Positions 56,190-64,000 of a stretch of DNA of 64,000 nt are shown piece by piece. The notes beneath the pieces were generated by a model. That model was given only the letters and a program-made list of their open reading frames with translations. It was not told the origin of the DNA and made no database searches. The translations under genes were made by a program, and so were the position numbers. Each line of letters starts with the position of its first letter. Within the stretch, counting starts at the first letter, position 1. The stretch is taken from the NCBI RefSeq assembly GCF_964204645.1, contig NC_134026.1, positions 8,703,950 through 8,767,949 on the forward strand, read 5' to 3'. The stretch is from Tubulanus polymorphus (Eukaryota; Animalia; Nemertea).

Positions 56190-57175
56190 GAATCACCAAT
56201 CGATAGTATAGTATAAATTCAGTATTGTAGGTGAAGAGCCGTTACGGTTTGCCGGTGTTGGCGCACGATGAACGGAAATGAAGTCAAAATTTTACCGGAT
56301 AAAGCGAATTACCGAATAGAGCGATAGAGCGGACTAGGAAAATGTATGCATTGAAAAACCGTAGCAGAGAAAAATCTAATTTCAATTCTACCGAATTGAG
56401 AACGGATTACCGGATATACTGGTACCGGTGTTCAGTCCTATCGTCTGCCCGTTCGAAGTACTGAGTGCGATACCCGCGCGTACATACGAGGCATTTTCCA
56501 TCGTTGGTTTTCTACGTATTTCCCAATAGACATCATATTGCAAATGAAATTGATTCTTGATCCCGTGAATTAGGATGAAAGCATGCCCGTCTCCCTCTTT
56601 CCAGTCTTTTGCCTCGGTTGACGATTATTGATGCGAGTTCTGTTGCAAATATCAACTTGTATACGTTATTCCAATCCACGATTGTCGATGTTCCAAAAAC
56701 GCGAGCGAACCGCTCCCAGAAGGGGTCGGCCAACACCCGATGAGGCGACCATTGTGCAATCGTCTGCTATCAATCAACACGAAGAAAATGGACACAAAAG
56801 CAAAAGAAATTGAATGGTATATGCTCGGATTGAGATGATAATTAATTCTTGTAGCAATCAACCCCACCGAAAACAACACTGTTTATTGAGTTGTGTTTAT
56901 ATTCCCGAGGGGCAGTACGTGTTCATCACATAATGGAGATCTTCGAGTCAATCTCTCGAGGCGGACAAAGCCCATCAAATCATGCTAAATGACAGCGCCG
57001 TATCGCGACAATAATTAACTTCTGACCATTTTGATTACTTCAATCCCTTTTCGCGCCTCGAAGCCAAAAACCTGAAGAGCGGTAAATTATTTGGGTGAGA
57101 AGGCCAGCACACATAAATCAATCGGATCGATTTAAGATAATGAGATGTACTTGTACTCCGGTTTGTCACAGTACC

Positions 57176-57235
57176 CGCTACTGTGGCAATCGAGGATTCC
57201 ACACATGGCAGGCGAGGATCCACCAGGTTCGCTAG
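57176..57235 (+). repeat. ~60-bp motif family C, copy 3
   Basis: cgctactgtggcaatcgaggattccacacatggcaggcgaggatccaccaggttcgctag. Confidence 0.7.
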
Positions 57236-57480
57236 TAGTAACTGTTTTCCAGGTTTTGAATTGTATTATATTGTATTTTCCGCGTTCGATTTCTACTACA
57301 TTTCAATAAAAACTGAATGAACTTTTTTTGTAAATCGATCAATTATTAATGAAAACTACATCGATATCTGATTAGAAAAATGATTCCATTTTAAATTTGG
57401 TATTTGTGATAATATACGGTTTCGGGAGTCTCAAAATTCTGTTAGAAGCTCATTGAAAATGAACTAATTTTGTCAATGTG

Positions 57481-58100
57481 AGGATTAGGATTAGGATTAG
57501 GATTAGGATTTTATTTACACTCCAACCATTTCTATGGTACATGGAGGGAGACTTATACAAAGTATACAATACTTACTTGTTTTGATAAGATATAACAAAG
57601 TTATCAACAATATATACATACACTATTTACAACATACTAATTAGGATCTATATACATCTAAGCCTTTTTAATGAATTTTTGCAAGGTGGGTTGTAGGAGT
57701 TTTTAGAATATCAAGAGTTGCAGTTAAAAATAAAATGCAATTCATCACCTAAAACATTACAAGCCGAAAATAATCTATCATTTCTATCTAACGGAAGATT
57801 TGATAATTTATTTACAGGCAAGAGATAAGACCCGATTCTAAATTCGAATAAACTTATTACTAAATCTTCATCAAGTTCACTAATATACCTTTCTAATTTA
57901 ATATCATTTTTGTATTGCCTATAATTAATGTATGTCGGATTAGCATCTATTGTGGAAACGGTATTTTGAAGGTGTTGATCATAAAGAATCTGTTCTATTC
58001 GCCTTGAGAAGGTCCTACTGTTCGCCATATTGTTGTGTCCAAATATGACATCAATCGCAATCATCAAAGGATTTTTAAATAAAAATTAACCAAGGGCTCT
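57481..58100 (-). mobile_element. 5'-truncated LINE (RTEX/L2-like) with (ATCCTA)n tail
   Basis: ORF 57711-58067 has L.EFRIGSYLLPV...DRLF.ACNVLGDELHFIFNC, the typical C-terminal cysteine motif of LINE ORF2. It is followed on the minus strand by a stem-loop, AATAAA and an (atccta)n tail at 57481-57510. Confidence 0.8.
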
Positions 58101-58334
58101 TATGTATATCGTTTAGTTTAGTTTCCTGATACTGTCTTTATCCAAAAATTAATCGTTCTATACGTAAGACCTAGTGCTCATCACGCCTTCTGGTGGGATA
58201 GCTGGTGTTGCAAGTTCCCCATTGTGATTCGACTGAGCTCATGGGCTATGGTACTTGCTGGAGATGGCAAGTTACGTAAAACATGACAACAATATGACTG
58301 GGCGACTAAGATATATATTTAGAGTTAGTTTGTC

Positions 58335-58373
58335 CATGGACGTATAAACTAGAATCTAGTTTATACGCGCATG
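58335..58373. mobile_element. 39-bp micro-MITE (CAT...ATG, P-superfamily-like)
   Basis: catggacgtataaactagaatctagtttatacgcgcatg flanked by 7-bp TSD gtttgtc (58328-58334, 58374-58380). Confidence 0.8.
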
Positions 58374-59461
58374 GTTTGTCTGATGATGGAGTTTAGATAA
58401 ACTCCGGAACTGCCAGACAATGAACGTTACGTTTTCATATCAAAAGTGGGTTTTTACTTATGACAACAATAAGGTCATTCATATAAATTTCGGAGAAATA
58501 TCTAATATTCATGGCACCGATTACGTCAAAAAATCACATGGCTATACACGACGTTCATTCGATCTTTGATCCCGCAATATGATATATACGTTATTTTTTG
58601 CACGAATGCTTCGCGATTCATTCTACCAGTCCTTTCCGACTCGACCGGGATACGTCCATTAAAGACCCATACTTCACACACGGTGTTGCATAAACAGTGA
58701 CTGAATTATAGGCGCTTTACATTTTGTATACACCGAGTATATGGTATTTATGATGAATATTCCATATACATCAAAGCCTCTCGACGGCCGTATTTGAATG
58801 TCGTGCAGCAGTAAAAACCGGGGAACCGCTCGTGGAGCCGAGAAGGCCTCCGACGATGAATGATACGCGACGGTATTAATGGTTCTAGTATACGAACCCC
58901 TGCCAGGCGGTGTGTTTGTCCGCGGGAAACCTGGCGTTTTGATCGGCATCACACACGTCAAACCATTTGTGAGTGACACACGCGCGCCGAGATAAGCATT
59001 CGATCGAACTGAAAAAAAATACCCACTCTCAGGAGCACTACTGGTCATAGGTCTGCGTCAGATAATACGGTTCCACATCATCTCCATTGATAGCGGAGGC
59101 GGTGTTAGAAATGTCGCTTACTTTGACCCGGTTACTCACATGGCTGTCTGGGAGAAACAAAGCCGGTGACCAACATCGACCGATCAAAATCGGTCATAAT
59201 ATTAATTTTGCTTAGTCAATATGCCTCGATATTGCCCATTCGATGCGCATTGAGCAGTCAATTTTGAAAGTCATTCCGGGTTAATGGAGAGGGACCCTAA
59301 TGATGATAATTTCGTGTTTTTATTTTCAACCTTTTAGCTCGAATTTGCCATATGAATGGTCCATCTTCATAGCATTGACAACGCGTGGTCTTTGCTCATC
59401 CCAATATAAAAAGTAATGATACAAGGGGCTGACCACCCATGGGTAGATCTGAAGGTCTTAC

Positions 59462-59504
59462 CGTGGACGTATAAACTAAATTTGAGCTAGTTTATACACC
59501 CATG
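59462..59504. mobile_element. 43-bp micro-MITE, same family as 58335
   Basis: cgtggacgtataaactaaatttgagctagtttatacacccatg flanked by 7-bp TSD gtcttac (59455-59461, 59505-59511). Confidence 0.8.
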
Positions 59505-60961
59505 GTCTTACTAAGTGTATCTAGGGAAAATCAATAAGAAAGGCGATGTTCCCACGCCAGAATTCTCGACAATATCGTGCCCTTATAGTCAAAATAGGCA
59601 TTTGCTCTTTTTAGATTTTTTTCGAATGTAAAATTCGGAGGATCTCGTAACCCAAAACCCCCTGAACACCCTGCAATATCATCGCGAATAAAATCATCTC
59701 CGTTTTCTCGAGCGATGACTTGTTAATTTAGGGGTTTTCTAGAGCTCGCGAGAACCGACTACGACGAGAAAATATGATAATCTCAAAGCGTAGTAATACG
59801 ACCCTCGTAGGTCTGTCGAAGGCGACCCAGCCGCCACGAGGTATACGTCTCCCCAGTGCGCGCAACGCTCATCTTTCACCGAAGTCTCGAGATGTAATTA
59901 TCTGGTCAATTAGTGCACAAGCGACGCACCAGCCTAGCAGCGTAAAATCGAGTGAAATGTCATAATTGGTGATTAGAGCAATTGCGCGAACCAATAACAT
60001 AAAATGGATCGTCTGCGCCGAACCAGATGTACACCTGATCAACAAAGGATATCGAATTTACCAATTAGTACTAATGTTTTTTGCGGAAATAAGAACTAGC
60101 ATTGAACATAGGAAACGAACGATTGCATGCAGTACCGCTAGTACCGTACAACTGAGGTGCTCCGCAACTGACACAAGCGATTAGCGAGGGGCGAGTTTTA
60201 AAAAAGTGCGAGATTAACGAGAATCGATAGAATAAGAAGAAAATTGACTTCAGATTAATTATCGGGATTCGATCGTCCTATTCATAAGGTTATCGTGTGG
60301 AAATCGGTTCAACGCAAAAAAACTATCAGTCGAAATTTAGATAATATACATGAGCTTTTATTAATAAACTATGTATTTACAAAATCAGTATACACGTAGA
60401 AGCTTTTATTAATACATTCATTTTTTTATAGATTTTTTCTATTATTGTAAAAAAAAACAGAAACATAATTTTACGGATAATGCGTGGTTTTGAAACGGAC
60501 ACGTATATACATGTAAATGTATTCTACAAAAAAATCCCAAATTCGTTTTATGCTACGAATTCTTTTCTGTAAAGCAACTCCACATCGTTAGTAGACTGTG
60601 GAGTCGATTTCCTGGTATTATCGCGTGCCCAGACAACCCACCGTGATGATCGACCCATCGACTTTCCGACTTTCTCGGAATTCGCGTTCCTCGGAGAAAA
60701 AATATTGGTCCTTTCAAATTCGAGGCAAGCGAGTCTACTGTACACGTGAAGTACATATAATTCAAGTAAGCTTTTCATAGAGATCAAATTTTCTTATATA
60801 TCTTTAAAAACTAATCAAAATCTATAAAAGATAAAAATTCATTTTCTTAACCATTATTGCATGCATTGATATCAAGGTCAAGTTATAACAAATGATCTTT
60901 TAAAAATCCATAGAAGAAAAAACAGTACAAATCTCATTTCTAATGAGTAACATATATTTAT

Positions 60962-61008
60962 TATAGCGAACGTTTTCGGGAGTTACATTATCCCCTCTTC
61001 AGGCATAG
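60962..61008 (-). ncRNA. Minimal hammerhead ribozyme motif (left arm, sense to ENDOV)
   Basis: Reverse complement of the right-arm motif; CTGAAGA at 61002-60996, predicted cleavage after position 60968. Confidence 0.65.
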
Positions 61009-61031
61009 CGCAAGTGATTGAAGTGATTGCG

Positions 61032-61078
61032 CTATGCCTGAAGAGGGGATAATGTAACTCCCGAAAACGTTCGCTATA
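61032..61078 (+). ncRNA. Minimal hammerhead ribozyme motif (right arm)
   Basis: tatgc CTGAAGA gggg-ataatgtaac-tccc GAAA acgt TC gc(t)ata; predicted cleavage after C61072. Confidence 0.65.
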
Positions 61079-61203
61079 ATAAATATATATTACTCATTAG
61101 AAATGAGATTTGTACTGTTTTTGCTGCTATGGATTTTTAATTATCTAGACTCTCTACCCAAGATCTACTACTACTGCGCTAAATGATTTTTTATTGCTAT
61201 TTC

Positions 61204-61422
61204 CTATTGAGGAGCAGTTTTAGTCGACCTGTCCCAGTAATCCCCGAAACTAGATTCGCCTTCTTCGTCGCTACCCTCGTCGTCCAGGAAAGATGACGAA
61301 ACGGGCTGCGTTCGGTTGCGATCAGTGGGTTTCTTTGTCGCGGGTAATTTCGCCTTTTGATCTCGTCCGCCGCCGTCAGAGTTGAAAGTCACTCGCAGAT
61401 ACTCCCTTGATTTCATATCAGC
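61204..61422 (-). CDS. ENDOV: Endonuclease V, last coding exon
   Basis: Acceptor ttttcttttatAG, then ADMKSREYLRVTF...TKTAPQ* in phase 0. It continues the RIPEPVRQ|AD..SRE motif of eukaryotic EndoV. Confidence 0.9.
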   Translation of the reverse strand, partial: ADMKSREYLRVTFNSDGGGRDQKAKLPATKKPTDRNRTQPVSSSFLDDEGSDEEGESSFGDYWDRSTKTAPQ

Positions 61423-61574
61423 CTATAAAAGAAAAAAAAGAAAACTTGGCTAAACCACGTAATATCATCCATCAAACATCGGATACACTAGAGAAAGAAA
61501 ATTATACAAAATTTATTGAATACAGACTGTGGTTCATACATGTAGTTGGAGGAGGAAATGCAACGAGACGAGTA

Positions 61575-61601
61575 ATCATTATCATTATCATTATCATTAT
61601 C

Positions 61602-61633
<32 letters not shown>

Positions 61634-61660
61634 CATTAGAATTACCATTATTATTATTAG
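61575..61660. repeat. (ATCATT)n / (ATT)n microsatellite in ENDOV intron
   Basis: Directly visible. Confidence 0.9.
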
Positions 61661-61692
61661 TTATATTTTTATTTGCATAAATAAACTATTTC

Positions 61693-61867
61693 ATTTGACG
61701 CACGAGCTTTCGCTACTAGCGTATAGTAGCTTCATCTCCCTGATGAAGCTTCGATACATAAGTAGCGAAAATTAATAGCTTTCGCTACTAATGTACAGTA
61801 GCTTCATCTCTCATTCACTTGATGAAGCTTCTATGTATTAGCAGCGAAGATTCGTGCGTCAAATAAA
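61693..61867. mobile_element. Four alternating Penelope-type hammerhead fragments (two fold-backs)
   Basis: Consensus cac CTGATGA agctact-atrcatt-agtagc GAAA GC TC gtgcgtcaaataaa, present in -,+,-,+ orientation; each copy is damaged or truncated. Confidence 0.65.
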
Positions 61868-61964
61868 GGAATTAACCTATAATAAGTACTACTCGTTTCG
61901 TTGTATTCATTCTACACCCGGTTAACACGGCTCCTCTACGAAAATTCCCATGTATTAGTTTGAA

Positions 61965-62781
61965 GGTACGCGGTAATAATGCCAGAGGTAAAAATGCCAT
62001 AGGTAATAATGCCTGAAGTAAAAATGCCAGAGGTAAAAATGCCTGAGGAAATAATGCCAGAAGGGTAAATTGATTCAATGATTATAAGAAACGAGTGCAT
62101 CAAAACTTATAAACTATTCATTGAATTGTTGCTTTGATGTTATGAATTACAGCCAACTAACTCGTCGAAAACTTTTTGATTTTAATTATCCTACCAATTA
62201 TCATACCTAGAAATATGATTGAACTGTGCATTCAATATGAAAACTCTAAGCATTCATTTGTTAAAATTCATTAATTTAGAAATGTGTTATATATCATATT
62301 CTATACTATGTTCGCCTTTTGAAATTAATTATATAAGAATATGTGCATTAATTTTTAATTTTAATTTTTAATTTCCAATGATCTGAAAATATGTTGTATC
62401 TCAATACATGTATCATCTTGTGCAGATAAGAATATCAATAATTTCAATGAATTTCTTGCTTATGTCAGACTTTATTTTATAAATTTGTGATTCTCTTTAT
62501 CTAATTAATTTGTCATTCATTTTTAATTTTTATTATCGAAGGAATATGTTTTGTATATCTTAACTGCGCATTCATTACGTAAAATCTAGTGTAAATAAGA
62601 ATATCAGGTCCAATGTTAATAAATTCTTCGCTTAATTTTCCTCATATTTCCTTCTGGCATTTTTACCTCTGGCATTTTTACCTATGGTGTGATTTTTCCT
62701 CAGGCATTTTTACCTCTGGCATTTTTACTTCTGGCATTATTACCTATGGCATTTTTACCTCTGGCATTATTACCTGGATTC
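61965..62781. mobile_element. Foldback/MITE with 15-bp subterminal tandem repeats
   Basis: (ggtaa[a/t]aatgcc[a/t]ga)n at 61972-62060 and the inverted array at 62652-62775 around an AT-rich core. Confidence 0.8.
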
Positions 62782-63179
62782 TAGATTCTAGTCTTACGAA
62801 AACCTTATTGTTTTAACCAAAGCCGTCATAAAAAGCTTAAAACACCAACTCGCTATTGAAGGGCATGGCATCGAAAACTCGTAAAAAGCTGTTACTATTT
62901 TGAGTAAAATACCTATAGATTCTGAGACATTCAAATCATTAATTTCTGAGAGGTCGCGCTACGATTCGATCAAACAATGAAATATAAAGATTACCAAAAA
63001 TTACACACAAATGCCTGTATACCTATCTGGATTATTACGTAATCAGAGGGCCGACATCCACGTAAAGAATAACGATCGACATAATTTATCAATTTTGTCA
63101 TACGAATTTAGCAAATGAAGCTACGGAGCCACGGTTTTTACTTCCCGATTACGCTGATGCATAAGAAAAGAAAATTAAC

Positions 63180-63308
63180 CTGTCTGACTGGTTCCGGAAT
63201 GCGATGTTTGCAGCATTTTTCCACGAGCAACGTCGCAGTTTCGAGTGAGATTTTATGCCCCACGGACACATATATTGGATTAGTAGTAGATTCGCAGCTG
63301 CGCAGAGC
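63180..63308 (-). CDS. ENDOV: Endonuclease V, penultimate coding exon (129 nt)
   Basis: Acceptor ttgtaattgcAG, donor GTTAAT. Encodes ALRSCESTTNPIYVSVGHKISLETATLLVEKCCKHRIPEPVRQ, with the EndoV P.Y.S.GH and RIPEP.R motifs. Confidence 0.93.
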
Positions 63309-63448
63309 CTGCAATTACAACAACAACAACACAAAAACCGTATAAAAGTCTGTTGGCAAAATCCACGCTCAAAGCACGTATACTTTTCGCTGTGTTTTTA
63401 ACGCTTCGATGAAATTCACGATAATGGTTCATGTAAGTATGACGTAGG

Positions 63449-63897
63449 CGAGACGAGAAGATACACAATATCCGTGTAAGATGATAACGAGAGAAATCCC
63501 ACAATAAATTCAATAACTTTCATGTTCCTTCTCTTTGTTTTCATCTGATAACCCCTTAGCTTGTCCCCACGTTTTAATCACTTTAGTTTGTGTCTTTTGT
63601 TTTTAAATTACTTTAATCTATATTGCCGCTAGTTCCCCTTTGCCTTCTTTACTATTGTTTTCCAGCTGTTATGTCATTACTTTAATCTATTCCCCTTTCA
63701 ACATTCTAATCACTCACTCTATTTCTATGGTTTTGGTTTTGTATAAATATCTTGTAATATTCTCCTGTTCTCAGTACGCAATAGTCCTTACCGAAGTCTT
63801 AAATATTCTTAGGCCGAAATGTGTATATATATATATATACTCTTCTATTCAAGTTTCTCGTTTTGGCTGAATTTATTGTGGGATTTCTCTCGTTATG
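63449..63897. mobile_element. Penelope-like terminal repeat with inverted tail
   Basis: 63486-63512 is inverted at ~63868-63897; decayed hammerhead (..ccga a gtcttaa...cttaggcc GAAA) at ~63786-63822; homolog of the 10772 fragment. Confidence 0.55.
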
Positions 63898-63969
63898 ACG
63901 TAGGTGTTTCAGAATTGTCGTGAAGTTTTGCGCAGAAATTACAAGGTTCACAATAACATAAAAACTTGC

Positions 63970-64000
63970 CATTCCGAGAACTCTTCCTGAATCGCTGACT
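63970..64000 (-). CDS. ENDOV: Endonuclease V, upstream exon (partial, runs off window)
   Basis: Encodes ...VSDSGRVLGM in phase 0 ahead of ALRS, as expected for EndoV (DSG.VLGM-ALRS); donor is GCAAGT. Confidence 0.8.

Larger units (their letters stand above)
60900..61140. mobile_element. Head-to-head Penelope-like terminal repeats forming a ~114-bp-arm fold-back
   Basis: Arms 60900-61013 and 61027-61140 are near-perfect reverse complements; each contains a hammerhead core followed by AATAAA. Confidence 0.8.

Noticed and set aside
57481-57510. Interstitial telomeric repeat (TTAGGA)n
   Set aside because: It directly follows the AATAAA of a minus-strand LINE, so it is best read as the LINE tail.
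61972-62775. CRISPR-like array, or the repetitive ORFs 61872-62078 and 62613-62816
   Set aside because: Contiguous 15-bp tandem units without unique spacers, arranged as the inverted ends of a MITE in a eukaryotic intron.

Overview
Eukaryotic, AT-rich, repeat-dense genomic DNA. It is most likely from an invertebrate animal, inferred from the spliceosomal introns, CORE-like SINEs, Penelope relics and CpG-rich intergenic DNA. The only gene I can identify is the 3' end of endonuclease V (ENDOV) on the minus strand, with three exons at 63970-64000+, 63180-63308 and 61204-61422 and one GC-AG intron. The other ~61 kb has no recognisable coding gene. It holds tRNA-derived SINEs, LINE 3' relics, many MITE/foldback elements (several with clear TSDs), a ~450-bp dispersed repeat family, long (TA)n arrays and an apparently near-identical 1806-bp tandem duplication. 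There are also at least six Penelope-like terminal-repeat relics carrying minimal hammerhead-ribozyme motifs. The most notable items are: a ~114-bp-arm fold-back with an intact hammerhead core on each strand just downstream of the ENDOV stop codon; three 32-43-bp CAT...ATG micro-transposons with perfect 7-bp TSDs; and a nested cluster of CATC...GATG elements. Nearly all ORFs in the supplied track are spurious. All calls were made by eye, and coordinates of decayed repeats are approximate.
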